64,000 nt of DNA, taken from Fimbriosthenelais zetlandica (Eukaryota). How positions within the stretch are numbered: position 1 is the first letter of the stretch; each line of letters starts with the position of its first letter. Both the position numbers and the translations under genes were made by a program. Below, in pieces: positions 23,572-37,792 of this stretch. The stretch is taken from the NCBI GenBank assembly GCA_977030845.1, contig OZ365112.1:15252001-15316000 (forward strand), read 5' to 3'. Under the pieces are notes generated by a model. It searched no databases. It was not told where the DNA came from and saw nothing but the letters and a program-made list of their open reading frames with translations.

Positions 23572-24334
23572 TGAGGAAATGACCTGTGTTGTCCACTACA
23601 CTAATTACTTACTTAGTCACTTATGTGCCTTCCATGAGGTTTTTGTTACTGCGTGTTGTTGTTGTGTTGGACTCAAGTGGAATCTGAGGATAATATGACC
23701 ATCATTAAATAGGACAAGCATAGTGGCTAGATTAACAGTTTCCAAAATTTTGTATATAGATGTATATATTTCATTATATATCCTATATTCCTAATGATGA
23801 GAAGTCATTCTGATTATATATCACTACATGTTCATCCAGAATATATGATTAGTTTATCCAAATCTTAAATCCGCTGGGATCATTGTCTTTTTCATGATTG
23901 AACCTACATATTGGAGGAAAAGATGAGTAGGAATACATGGTTATGAGGTATACAGCTTTTGAATGTCTGCCCGTCCATTCCAAAGGACAGTGTAGAGTAA
24001 ACTATAAAGTGAAACTTCATCAGAAAATAAATCCATGAATCTATTTGGTGATCATCCAATATCCATTGAAAATATTAAAAATCCGGTATAATAAACCAGT
24101 AAGTTTTTTCTTGATACTGTCTCAGTTTTCATGTCTTTTTCATACCATTTTATCTTCACGTAATTTCCTGAAAAATGAACCGGTTATCCAAATGACCCGT
24201 GGTTAGATTATCGGATCAGCCAAGTCAGTTCAAAAGCCCCTGACCACACGTTCATAGTAAGATTGATCAGGTTCTAGTTCCTTCTAACACATAGATGAAC
24301 TATAGGAAGCCCTCCTATGACAGGTCCTTCATAC

Positions 24335-24398
24335 TCAGTTGGCTTTGAACTCCCCCGAGGCTCCGCTTCTATCCTCTTCAAGCTTCCTTACTTCAAGC
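24335..24398 (-). other. Candidate 5'-UTR exon of the DEG/ENaC gene
   Basis: The minus strand has a strong acceptor tccttgtttgttgcag| and a donor |gtatga around 64 nt. Possible downstream acceptors are at 23684-23685 (tattatcctcag) and 23584-23585 (weak). No transcript evidence. Confidence 0.4.
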
Positions 24399-25399
24399 CT
24401 GCAACAAACAAGGATTAATGCCTTGAGAAACTTGTACAGAAAGAACATTCCCGTTAATACACACATTTTATAGGCATGATAGATTCATTTATGGTAGCGA
24501 GACAAATATTCAGGCAGTCTATCCTGATGTTCATGCAAATTCTAGAAAATGAATGGTCAGGACCACAGCCAGAGTAATTTTGCCACTGATTAGGCCCGGT
24601 GTTTTTCGAAGCAACTTGCCTTTGATGAAAGTCCCTTTCCTTTAGAATAATGAACTACTGTTCTACGCATGATCAAGACAGAGATTCTGACGATTATTCA
24701 TGTTCCTTAAGTTTGTGATATACTGACTTAATCAGGAAATTTCATAGTTTTTTTTATTAAAGAGGCGTTACCTTAAGAAATCCTGGGAAAACAAGCCTTC
24801 ATCAGACAAGTCACCTTCCTGACCAAATCAGAATTTTCCGATTGCAAACTGATGTGTTAATTTCCTGAGGATTCTTCGTGTGACAATTTGGAAATTGGAT
24901 GACCAAGACTTTCTGAGTTCCTTTTAATTGGTGTTTGATTTTGATACGGGTTTCTCAAAATTTGTTCACTTGCCTGGAAATGCTGCCAGAAATAAGTTAG
25001 GGCATTAAATTGATTCATCTGCCTTAGATGTATCCATCTACCAAACCACTCTTTAGGCAAAATAGGATTTTTTTGTAGATGAAATAACTTCCCCCATACG
25101 TATTAACATGCAATAGATGTACAGTCACATAATATATAGTTGGAACTGATTCTAAAACTAAAAATACGTAATCATAAGATAAAGTGGCCATTATATAGAT
25201 AGGATTTCAATTAACCTTTTTTATATAATTTATTTTTTTCGCTTAGGAAAGAAAATGTGAAAAAGAATCCTGTGAATGTCCGTTATGATTCACTTCCCTG
25301 AATGCCAATCTTATTTTTGGGGTATGGAATCTGAAGGGAAAAAAAGGACAATAGAGGTGGTGACCCAGAATGTGAGATCCTGTATGAGCACACATGTAC

Positions 25400-28300
25400 A
25401 TATCGGGAAGGGAAATTGCAGAGAATATATGGTAGATGATCGCATATGTTGTCATACATGACATAGAGTCAGGATGTCAGGATGTGGACGTCACTAAACG
25501 CTATGACACATCTATCATTAGCTAGCCTAAAGGAGGCAAATGAATCGCTCTGTTCCTTGACACAAAAAGCCTGGCTCTGACTGAAAGAGACAAATGGCTG
25601 TAAATATGGGACATATATGAAATGTCTATAACTGCCTTTGATAAATACGATGGGCACCCTTCATGAATACCAGGTGGCTTTTCCACATTCGATGGTGGAT
25701 GTTGTTTCTGTGCCTTTATGTGATTTAAGATTTCAAAGCCTACCTCAAGAGGTCGCACGGCATAATTTGCTGAGTTGGTGAGAGAGAATTCTTGGCTTTT
25801 AAAGACAAGCCATTCAGCCAAACTATATTATTGTTCATTGATTTCCTCTGGATTTCATGGAATGCATCTCCTACGAAGGAGTTTAAGAGGGGAAGTAAAA
25901 GCTGCAAGCACCCATAACTTTAACAACAGGATATAACACTGAAAAGCTTGCTTTCAAACTTATAACTTTATCCAGCTTTTAGCCCTGCAGCAGAGAACCG
26001 AAAGCAAATACATGGCTTTAAAGACAATTCTTATAGTCAGAAAGTAATCGAAGTTTCATGGACCAGCAAACAGATGTATTTTCCATAGACTTTATTGCAA
26101 ATGCTTGCGAGACAAACATTGAAAATGAAGGAGTGACGAATGGTATGGGATTTGAAGTTGTGTTTTAAAACTCTCAAATAGTCGTGTTGGGCTTTTTAGA
26201 GAATGATATTACCTGTCCTAACCGAAGATGTGCCTATAAGATATATGATTCATTTAGAACGTGGGCAAAAGGCCAGTCCAAAGTTCAGTCGCTGCTTTTC
26301 GTTAAGGTGGGTCCTCAAACGAGTGAGGCTATGTCGTTAAAATTTACCCATCATCTTAGAGGAAAAACCTTTTGATTCAGCTACCTCATTAGTGAACAAA
26401 GAGTCCTCCTGGGAATTCCTGGCAAGTTTTAATGGAAATTCTAATAGAAAAGAGAAACCTACATGAGACATAACATCCATAGCTTTGTCTGGAACTATGA
26501 GGATCATTTTTGACCCATAAATGTACTTTGGGAGAGGCATTCATCCATAATATTCGTAAATCATTTTCTCTGATATTTCTAGTATAATTGGATTGGATAT
26601 TAGGTTAGGAAAATAAGAATTAACATAACATGGTGTAATTGAGTTCTTCAATGTTCTCACATTATTTACTCTCTTCCGTAAAAATTGACTAAGAAAGATG
26701 AATGATATGATATTATATTTTTGAGGAAAAGTATACTCGAACTCCTAAAGAATTCGATTGAAGAAAGATATCACGATGTAATTTATTTAGGGACGGCCCT
26801 CAGTCATAGCTTTTCTCTAACCTGCCTCGCCAACCCAGGCTTGGTCATTAATCCCTAATTATCCAATACAGTTATACAATTCACTGAGTCGACCTCGAAT
26901 CGACTTGGATCACCCGCACCCAATCAAAGTCACACTCCAATGATTCCCGTGGTCAATACTATTTTAAATAACGTCAAACCATGTTTATTTCCACATACCA
27001 GCCCCTCTCAGTCTCACATTCAGGAAATCATTTTCCATTTATATCGGCATTGTACGTACAGCCATTACAAGGAATGTGCATGGTATTTGCCGAATTGGTG
27101 CTTTATGTGAATTTCCAGCATCAAAGTTCTAAGGTGAAGAAAGAAGCTAATATTCCTGAAGGACTTTATGGAGGATTACAATCTTTTTCCACTCGGAATT
27201 GCAGTACAGTAAAAGGCTATTACCTCAGCACTCAGTGGGAATTCACTGTAACATATAAATGCAAGGCGTGTTTGCTCCGTAAAAACACACTGCTGGAAAG
27301 GTTAGTACTTTCAAACGTGTCAATGAAACAATCAGATATAAGCCACGAACGTTTCCTAAATTAATCACCAATTCTCCATTTTCTCATGAAATCATGCCCA
27401 CTTAATCCCTCACAGGCAGCTACTTCATTTTTCATTCTTAGATAGAATATTCCTCAGGGATAAAGGGATAAAGATTTATTCCCTGGGAGAAAAATTACCT
27501 TCCTAGTTCAAATTGCCTTCGTCATGTTTGCTTCAGCCACTTCTGGGTAAAAAGTCCTTTCTTTCATTCAGACCCAATGATGCGGCCTTTGTGAATTGTA
27601 ACCATAGAAACAGCAAGGGCATGATCTTGAGCTGACTGGGTGGCTGGCCCCATGTTCTTTTTTTATGGGCCACATGTTTTCCAGGCCCATCGATGTGGAT
27701 GATTGTTTTCACAGGCATTAATTGATGTCGCCAAAATCATCATGTTGATGGCGTCAACTTATATTTTCCAGCAGGAAAAACCCTGAGGTAAAACATAGCC
27801 TAGTGCTGACCTTCAAGGATGATTACGCAGTGTAATCCTATAGGTGACTTCTCCAAAACCAGGGTCTCAAATCCCAGCTCCAAGCATGTAATAAGGAACT
27901 TCTGGACCTGTGGAAACCAGGCTTCCACTGAGCAAGGTAAATAACCATGTAACAGTGTTACTAACACTATAGGCCAACATCCTACTATACTGTACATGTA
28001 GAAGACAATTCAAGTATAATATCAAAATCGATGAATATTATAGGCAATATAAGCCCTTTGGAATTATCACCTCATCCTGACCACTATGACTTGCTACCCT
28101 CGTAAGGGTATCATCTGGTATTGTCTAAATTCATGAATATCTTGGCATAAAGGCCGCACTCAATTGATTGCACTCTGCCACACTGTTATCAGATAAATGT
28201 ACATGATTGTATCCCTTTCCTGGTGAATCATTTTGGGCCACTGAAACCGATTAATTATGGGGCCTTAAATTGACTGATCTGTCGAAAAGATTAAGTATTT

Positions 28301-29400
28301 GCATTGTAATGCAGGATGCAGGATAAGAGTGGAAATTGCAGCTAGAATCTCAATCTCCGACATACCAGATAAAACATATATTGCCCGGACGACTGTTCAG
28401 TTTTGGATAAGGTTTCAATACGAAAAACATTATCTTTCCCTACTTTAAAAAATCTTTTTCTTCCACTTCAAGAGTTGTCCTGACATGTGTGTGGTTGATG
28501 GGAAAACTTGACAATGACAGATCATTGTAGGAAGTGGATTACATTAGGCTTTTAGAGGAGGCTCTAATTTCAGAGACTGCCTCAGCAAAATGACACCCAG
28601 TATAAAGTCAATGGAGGGAGGAGTAATTTTATCTGCCTTCTATTGACGGAGGTTGTGTTACAAGGGAAATTACACCATTTGGTGGGTAATGACCATTCTT
28701 GTTTTTTCTCCCCGATTAACCAAAGTCAAGCTTTAATTCATTAGCAGCAGATTGCCAACTAAAACGCTGTGACATTCGTGAAAGGATGTTCCTGATTTAC
28801 CTATACGAATAGCAATGTCTGAGTAAGTCCCTCTATGTTCTCACTGAACTAAGATTTTGGTAAATCTACTCTGCATAATGTACATACGTTGCTCTGTGTT
28901 TCCAGAGCAAGAGACATATATAGATTTGATGCAGAATGATGCATATGCTTGGAGAGTTTCAAAAGAAGAGAGAGCAAAAGAGAGAATAAGCTCTAGAGTC
29001 TGCAAGAGAAAGACTTTTTCCTTTGGGAGTCAGGGCAATTAGAATCAATAGGATACTTTTGGCATGCGTGGTCCCAGTTTAAGGAGCCAATGTCCAAATG
29101 AAATCTCCAGCCAATCTTAGGGTTCTTCACAAGAGAATTCCAACAAATTACAATGATTATTTCCAAAGGCATCTCCCCATCCCTTGTTGCAAGCTTGTTC
29201 CTAAAGAATTGAATGTTCACCAAGGCGACAAATGGTTAAAGCCCTGTACTGCCTTAATCATGCTAAATAAGCCAAGATTTATGTGGAATGCAGGCATAAT
29301 CTATGCATCTGCCCTACAATATCAAAGTTCTATGAAATACTTTAGACCACCCCACCCCCACCTCCCATCCCTGCCCACACACACCCACACACACCCAAAT
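25400..29400 (-). mobile_element. Decayed Ngaro/DIRS-type tyrosine-recombinase retrotransposon
   Basis: In element order: gag-like NIQFFRNKLA..ICWN (28993-29223), RT-like FLITCLELG..EKS (27800-27997), YR-like VFKAMYLL (about 26000); many stops. Confidence 0.4.
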
Positions 29401-30319
29401 ATTATAACATAAGGACCCACCCAGCAAAGGTTGCTCCTATAGTCCAGATAAATATCTAAATTGGAATTATTCATAACGTAAGTGCCAGTACCCTTCAAGA
29501 CATGATATAGGAAATCTCCGAAGACCATAATGGTTTTTATGGCAATGCAGACATTTTCGATTGATGGAAATAATTCAGAATGAGGGCAATACCGGAACCT
29601 GTATGTCAGAGCCTGTGGTAGGTATTTATGTGTCCATGTAGGATATTTTCCTTAATGTAATTGGTGCTGGCAATATGGAAACATTGGCACTGGCAAGCTC
29701 CATTAACCTGGGACTCCATTTATGCTGGCATGAACTTAATGGTGATCCCATTTAACCTACATGATGAACGAGAAGGGTTGATATCTTGCTTCTAAACGAC
29801 ACCAATTTCTGACAGATCAAAGTGATAGTACCATCTATATTTTATTCTATTCATAAATGTTACAGAAATGTTTGAATTATGAACGCTTGATTTTGAGAAG
29901 TTCTCGTGTATCGACTGCCTTTAAAAACGAAATAATGATTGAAATTTCTCCATCAAGTGCAGCTGAAATTCAACATACACATTAACAATATAATATGATA
30001 AAACTAACTATGTGTTATATTATAACAAATACAGGCAACCCGGAAATACAGAAACATTGTGCGCATTCATGTAAGAAAAGGGAACACAGTTCCCTTCGGA
30101 CTTATTTTCTTAATACATATTAATGCCATTTCGTTTCACAAGAGGATTATACCAGTGCCTTAGATAATGTCAATTGAATCATTGGGAATTAGGTTCTTCA
30201 TTATTTAGGTAGGCTTGGTATTCCCAGTGGTATATGACTATGACTAAGCTGGAAGATAACGACGCAGTTCCTTGTGGAGTTTTTTTTTGGTACTGATTGT
30301 CTATGTTGATCAGACATGG

Positions 30320-31024
30320 CATGCAATTGTCATGTATATCTAGTAGGTATCTCAAATGGCCTGGTACATTAATAAGGTACCAAACTGGTACCATTGCCTT
30401 GTGATTCTTGCAGTGATTCTTGCATGTTGCGCTGCCTACGAGACCAGCAACGGCAAATGCATCAATTTCCTGCTAGAAAATGATATGTTGCTAGATTCAG
30501 AAGGCAAATGTCAGCAATTGGGTACATACACGGGATCATTGCCTTGTGATTCTTGCAGTGATTCTTGCAAGTGGAACTTGTCTACAAGACTATCAACTGC
30601 GAGTGCATGTGCATCAATTGCTGCCAGAAAATGATATATTGTCAGAATCGGAAGGCAACAGTCAGCAACTGACATCTCCTTCGACGGAATGTGGACCCCC
30701 ATGCACCCCTGTCCATGTAGATGACTGGTAGATATTAACCCAGCCTCTTCCTTTGTCGAGAATTGCAAATCATGCATATCTACTGAATATCTCAAATAAC
30801 CTGGCACTCAAACTAAGTGCCTACCAGGGATCATTGCCTTGTTATTCTTGCAGTGATGCATGCTTGTGGAGTTTGTCTACAAGACCATCAACCGCGAGTA
30901 CCAGTATCAGTACTGATATACAGATATATGTATTTAATGCTAGATTAATAACAAAAGAAAAATCACCTCAGATTGTAGGGGGTGACTCATACCCTATGCG
31001 TCACCCACTCTGGCTACGGGTCTG
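30320..31024 (+). repeat. Dispersed element copy A with internal tandem units (family shared with 45010-46030 and 60326-61112)
   Basis: Repeated GATCATTGCCTTGTGATTCTTGCAGTGATTCTTGCA...TTGTCTACAAGAC...ATCAATTGCTGCCAGAAAATGATAT core; ends in CACTCTGGCTACGGGTCTG. Confidence 0.9.
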
Positions 31025-31479
31025 ATTGATATCATGATCTCTCCAGAACTTTACACTGAACGTTTTAAGTCATGGAACGTCAGGCTGTCATAATTTGGTC
31101 CAAATTAAAAGATAAAAGAGCCTCATTTTATTCCAAGGCTCAATGTGGCTTAATGACACGAAGCGATGGTGAGTAGATTGAAAGATCAGCACCGTGTCTG
31201 CTGGGGACCAATCCCAACAGATTTTCCACATGGTCAAGCACATCAGCAGTATCACGATTGAATGCAAACGTTCAAAATATTCCATATGGGAAAAAGGCGG
31301 TGTACTAGCTTTTTTCTATACAAACAACCACCGCCGGAAAAATGTATAAATCATAATTTATGGTGCTTTTTTAAATAAATGCCAGGCCATTGAATCTATT
31401 ATTGACGCACCTCAAGAAGTGCACTTAAAATGAGCTGTTGATGTATGTTTGGTGGTTACTGAAGCTGAATAAGACTTGC

Positions 31480-31720
31480 CCTGGTAGCTTAACTTGAAAA
31501 CCCCAAGGAAGACATAAAAATCAATGAGTACTCCCGAGTCTGGCCCCTGAGAGGGACCCCATCATCCTCATCCATATAGAAATCTTCTGCAGAGGTCCCA
31601 CTGGAATATTGGATTGGAGATGTTTTTAATGTAAGTGATACCTTATAGACCCCTGCCTTGTCTTTATTCACCAAGAAGAAAGTGTACGGATTCCCTGAAA
31701 GTCGACAGTACATACTTTGC
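31480..31720 (-). mobile_element. Possible Penelope-like RT remnant
   Basis: FYMDEDDGVP...SLIFMSSL resembles the PLE FY.Q.DGVAMGS..ANIFM motif. Confidence 0.3.
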
Positions 31721-31938
31721 AGTTGGCTTGGGAGTCTATTGCTTTTATCTCCAGTGATGCTATTATATATGCGCCTTCTATAACTATATCGGGCCTATAA
31801 AATAGTTTCACAATATTTCCATTTCCCATGTATTGATTGGATTAACACTGTACTGTGAAAACAATGATTCAGAGCTTCATTATGGATCCTTGTACAATTC
31901 TGAAATGTTCTGTATTACCTCCTTTGGTTATACGTTAA

Positions 31939-34212
31939 AGGGATAGAATTACTCAGTTTCCTATGAAATATTATGATGGACAGTTTACATCCCCTGCACA
32001 GTACTCCCTGCTGGCCTGGAAACTGTAGCCTTAACCCTCTCAGCCCTGTCATTAATAACATGTTCATTCATGCAGAAAGTCTGTTTCTCTCTCTCCTCCA
32101 TGTATATGGGCAGGTTAACACATAGGCGGAATGCAATGCTATGCCTATTCCTATTTCATGAGAGAATTCCTATGCAGCAGTGACGAAAATCCACTTGACT
32201 GAAATCAAATCCAGGCTGGACAGGAAAGATATTTTTCTTCAAAGACCTGAATGATAACAGTATGTTGGAATTATATTGCATTAATTCGCTCCAGCCTAAA
32301 TAATGAGCCAACAATCCAAAACTATTTTGCCCTGCTTATCCCGTTCTGTCAGGCGCTGTTCGCATGCATTTCCTATCACTGTGCAGGGATGCATGCGTGA
32401 TGTTCTTGCAGAGGATTACATGATCTTTGCAGATTGCATTCAATGACAATAATAAGGAAGTCATGTCTCATGCCATCTTGAATACCTCTTTGTGTTATTC
32501 CAAAATGCACCAAGATCGTGTCCTTCCACTCGTTTATACCATCTCTAACAGCTTTGATCAACTCTGCCGAGTGGAAAAATCCTACAAGATAGCACCCCAT
32601 CCTACTTCATATTAGTCACGTCTTGTGTTGGATATCCAGAAGATTTATCCAGCTTCTAGATATCGTATAATGTTTGATATAACAATTCTGACAACAGATC
32701 AGTCTGTCCTATCAAAATCCGGTCGCACCATATTTTTCAGTCCCTTCATCATTTATGAGCAGACTGTCATATGTCCTTTTATCTCATGATATGCTTGTTA
32801 GTGCTGTTAAGCTCGATCATCACCATATTTGAATGCTGGAGGCAGCGAGTGGGGATCATTGGGCACCGGTCTAATGTTCTAGTATACTCCCAACGGTGAT
32901 TTAGTCACACCATTATTTCAATTTCTAGTAGTGTCGCATTTTTATACCATGCCTGCATAAAGGCCTTTTATAATTGAGTAATGCATATTACATGATAATA
33001 TACATATCAGTGTTGTTCATTCAACTTAATTTAATGCCAAATGAAGTTCCATCACAGACTTTGCTATAGCCAAAAAACTTTTTGTTCTTCCCACGCACTG
33101 CAGTGTTTGGGAGGGTGCTTCATTTTCTCATAATAATTGCAAGAGCATCCAGCCATTCCCTCTCCATTTTTAGCCCAAAGGTTATGGTGTCTGTGCCATA
33201 CTAAAGCACCAGGCCTAAGCCCGTTATGAGGGTCTGGCATGGAATGGCCATCATAGTCTAACCTCACAACTGACCACCAAATGAAGCAGACAGTTAGACA
33301 GCTAGCCCCTAAATTTCAACTCTCTGCCTGCCTGTAAAATTGCAATCTCAAACAGTCTAAGCTGTCACAATGGTCATCAGAACAAGTGGCAGTTGACACT
33401 TTTAGCTGACGGGTTTTTACTGTAGTCATGAGAATGGAGAAGGCATATATTTACATGGACAAGCAGTGAATCACTGGGTTATCCTGTCTGTCAGATTTGC
33501 CTTGATGAGGGTCCTGGATTAGTCCAGAGTGCAGCAGATAAAATCACGGCGAAAAGATAAATAAAAGGTCGTCTACAAGGCCCCCCACTGGTTGAGCTAT
33601 GGTCAGTTTAAGTGGTTGTGACAAAGTTAAAAGGTTTTTTGTCAGATTTTCTGAAAGTTTTCTGTTTGATCGAAATATTCCGAGTGCCTTTTTAGCTCCA
33701 GTTGAACAGCAGATCTCGGATGTATTAAGCCAAACAATATTTGAAGCATCCGTCTTAGAGCATCTATAGTTTACACCATATGATATGACCCTATTCCTGG
33801 TTATGCATGAAAATGTATTGTCCATCCCTTAAATACAATAGCTATTCACTGCCCATTAATTGAATGGGATAGCCGTGCAGTTTTGAGTATTTAACATACC
33901 CTATATTCAAAATACATTTGTTGTTTAAACCCACTATGTCTTGTAACATCTATATGTCAATGCAAGTTTATAGTGAACATATTGTTGTGTTGTTAGGGAA
34001 ACAAACCTAAAAGAAATAGTGCATTGAAAGCTTAAGAAAAAAGGAGCAAAAGAAAAATAATAGGTTAAATTTCAGTTGAACAGATTTTTCCAGAATACTC
34101 CCAAGGCTCTTAAGACAAAGGGTGAAATACGTCAATAGAGCCACTAATGGGAATAAAGCTGTCGATCAGCCACGATTTTTTTGAAAAATCGGGAACTCCA
34201 TGTTCCATCCCT
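31939..34212 (-). mobile_element. Kolobok-like DNA transposon, decayed transposase, TTAA target-site duplication
   Basis: TTAA at 31935-31938 and 34213-34216; termini AGGGATAGAAT / AGGGATGGAAC (inverted). Internal minus-strand remnants DPHSLPPAFKYG (cf. DSPG.SAKY), EWLDALAII and WKDTILVHF (cf. W...I.NH). Confidence 0.6.
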
Positions 34213-37200
34213 TTAAGACAACTTCAGCCTACGCATTGTTCAGATAAAAATGCTGACATAAGACATTTTAACTTTAAGCAGTGCATTAGGATCAAAATGG
34301 GACTGAAATCTCCCCTCAGAGCCATCCTTCACATCACATATTAAACATGAAGAATTTTGACTTGTTGCAAAATGTAATGCATGATCATTGTTACAGTGCA
34401 TAGGTCTGATGTTGTCCTTTTAACTTTAAGGATGACATTCACAGATATGAAGTAATACAATAAGCTTTTTCTGTACAATAATGAATGTTTTGTCTGTTTA
34501 CAAGTTTTTTTTTATTAAGATCCCCTTTTGCATTTTTGGTCCATCCTGAGCTGTTTTTAAGATGGACATGAGCAGTAAAAACGATAATGTTTTTTATTTA
34601 GATTTTGTGATGGCCTATATTTCATTATTCGTCAGTAACGTGTAGAGCAATATCCTTGCGATTTTAGCAATGCTTGCAATAGTTCTCTGTGAGAACTTGC
34701 AATGAGCAATGATTGCTGTCAATTATTAGGAAACTCGATACTCCCCCGAAATACCGCATCTACATGTATGTAACTTATTCAAAGCAATATACAAAGTTAT
34801 ACACTACTTCTCATTGATTTTCGGGAGATTCTATTCTAGAAGACTACTTGTAAAAAGTCCTTCATCTATTGCAAGCAAAGAGGTCCTTTGATGTGTTTTT
34901 CTTCTCCTAGTTATGTGTTCTCAACTAGGAAATAGATATTGGAAAAGCAATAACACCAATATCACAGAGGGTTCCCCCATCATTATAGTTAGAAGCGACT
35001 CTCTGATATCCAATAAGTGATACTAAAGTCGCCTGTAAGGAATCGAAATGTTTTTATTTTGCGTCCAAGAAGTTCTAGATGTTTGATCTTGTTTCCTAGC
35101 GTTTATTCTAACTGACCAGAGCGTATGTGGCATCAAAATGTAATATTTCCTATATATGCCGTATTGAAGAAGCTAAATTTAAAGAATTAAGCCGAGGATG
35201 TAATAATTTTCGGTGACTGAATCGGTGACTGAAGTCTTGGCCACTCCTAATTGTGATTGGCAGACTCACATAATGAGCACATGAAAACTATAAGGTTCCA
35301 ATATGAAGCTATAACGGTACGGTTGCATAAAATCCTTCGAGCTGTAATAATCTACATGGTCTGCTGATATATGATAGGCTAGAAGTCGGATTGTTTTTGT
35401 AGGGAAAGTTCTGTAATAACCAAGTATATAATTTCTATATAATATCTTTATAGAAACTAGTGTGTCTATCACTCTTCTCATTAGTAGAAAAGGAAATTGA
35501 ACCTCAGGGAACTTTTGTTCTTTACCCAAGGGGTTCTGAAGTTATTGTGATTTGCAATATGTTTCAGATTTCTACGATGAGACCCTATAGTTGAATTATA
35601 AAAACCTTTTCCCTCATTATCCTAATCCCCTTGCGGTCTTTCATCTGTAACTTCGAAGTCTGACAGTGGCTAGAGGCATCCATGTAGACTATGTAATACG
35701 TCCCAAGTGGATTCCACGGCAGCTACATTTTCTCAATTGAAAACAGGTTCTAATCTTTTAGACTCTCCCACGTTGCTCGAACTACATATAATTCCAGTGT
35801 ACTTAAAGGACTTTAATCTAATTATTTAAGGAAGCTTTAATATATAGGAGTATGGCTGAATGAGGCATGCATACGTTCTATTGTACATTTAAGTTGAATT
35901 TCAAAGCCAACATATTGTGTATAATTATAAGTGACGTAAAGCTAAAACTTAACAGTTGCATCTAGCTAATACTTAATACTTACATCAACTCAACATGCCC
36001 TACAATATGGGCAAAGTTAATATATTTTATTTCGGCTTTGAATTAATGAATTGTGAAGCTAAAGGCAATTGTGTCACTAGAAACTTTTGCTTAATACTGA
36101 AATTAGAGAAAGTCAACAAACAGAGGATTAGCATAGCTGAATTGACTCAGAATAGATCTCGGGTTGAACTAAGAGAATTGATAAAACTTAAGTCAAGGAG
36201 TTGAAGTCATTCTAACTGCGCTGCCTTTGACTATTGTAGCACGTTGTACAGTAATTCTAAGTGCTAAACTTGAACCGCATTTCCTCTGCAGATGGGTATA
36301 ATAAATTATTCACAATCATTTGCTCTTTCGGCAGTCTTGTAAACTAAAAGTATCTTATGTCTTATTCACAGATTTTTCTCTTTAGCTATTAGCTTGTATA
36401 CCTAAGTTTAGCTTCATAAAAAGCTTGAAAGGGATTTCTACCCTTTGATGCCATACTTATGGCACAAGCCGAAGTTGAGATTCAGATTATTCTTTAGCGA
36501 TCAGTCGTCAGTGATATTCAGCAAATCTCTTTGACACAACATTATCTATTTGCGGAGTCTAGCTGTGTACTTTAGAAGAAAGGATACGCAGATGTGATTG
36601 AATTTGCTTTTGGCAACTCAAGCATGAAAATCAAAGAATTCCATCTTCCTAAAACAGGAACGAATCAATAGAGACATAGTATTCGACTGCCTTCACATCC
36701 AAGTCAGAGCATGAGGGCCAGTTCCTAGTCATCGATTTATAAACGCATCAACCAAATATCCCCCAGTCTGGTGAAAAATAGACCTGGCAACAAGTTCTGA
36801 AAAGGAATTCCTCCGAGTACGTCATGAGATAGCTCTGTAGTGTAATGCTAAATATGATCAAGGGCCGTGAATACACCCCTTTGGCCAGGGCGATCAACCC
36901 CAGGCTTCCACTCAAGAAGACAGTGCAAGTATACATAGGGAGACAAATGATATTATTCAAACGGTTTCATTGATTCTAAATAGAACACTTGCATGATATA
37001 TAGTCGGTCACTTCTGTAGTGAAACCCAGAGAGCTCGATAATGGTGTAACTCTTCAAAGGCAAAAAGTGCTCTATATTCCAGAATCACTATAGGCCTAAT
37101 ACAGACAGTTGTTATATATGGACACTGATATATAAAACTAAAAGCATGTAATGCTTATGGACCTATTCCGCTGGTGGTTTGCCAATGAATATTAATTAGG

Positions 37201-37755
37201 AGTTGCTTTCTTTCTGCGGAAATTTATGTCCACTGAAGGGAATGTCTTTTTATAGAACAGAAGTTACACGAAGCGCAAAGCCCGAGGTCATGGAGAAAAT
37301 GCTTTGGATTCAGGCAAAGTTACTCTTCGAGATGAGGGAAAATAGAATGAAAATATCCAAGAGGCGTAGGGGTGCGTGGACATAGTCATCCATAAGGAAC
37401 GTCTAAGCATATATACAAACGATTTGTTATACTCGGCATGCCACACATAATATACAAATGTATTGCAGAAATGTATGTAAAGCGTTTACTAATTGGATAA
37501 TATATGTAAGGGATGAAGGCCGAGAAACCCTAAATTCCTAAATAGGCCTATACAAAGCCTTGGCCAAACTCCCTCTCCATAATATGATTTCTACCGAAGC
37601 CTCGGCCAAGATATATCCTATTTTTGCTAGGATGCAGATGTGGCGCCCCCACCCGCCCCCTTGGAATAGGCCTGGTCTGGTAACCTAGATCCTAATATAA
37701 AACATAGGTGTTAAACTAGTTTTATCCCTCCCAGTCTAAAGAGCAGTGACGAAGG

Positions 37756-37792
37756 TAACGTTGTTACTATGACGTCACTTCCGGATCAGTGA
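37756..37792. promoter_or_regulatory. Composite CRE/ETS element with adjacent RFX-like half site
   Basis: TGACGTCACTTCCGG at 37770-37784. The palindrome GTAACGTTGTTAC and CATAGTAAC (minus strand) lie immediately upstream, and TCAGT is at about 37787. Confidence 0.45.

Noticed and set aside
21759-23698. Plus-strand ORFs at 21759, 22525, 22987 and 23414
   Set aside because: Antisense shadows of the channel CDS with no independent protein features
30978-31000. GDSYP as a Harbinger GDSGYP motif
   Set aside because: More simply the GGGGGTGAC subterminal motif of the element end, so not counted as evidence
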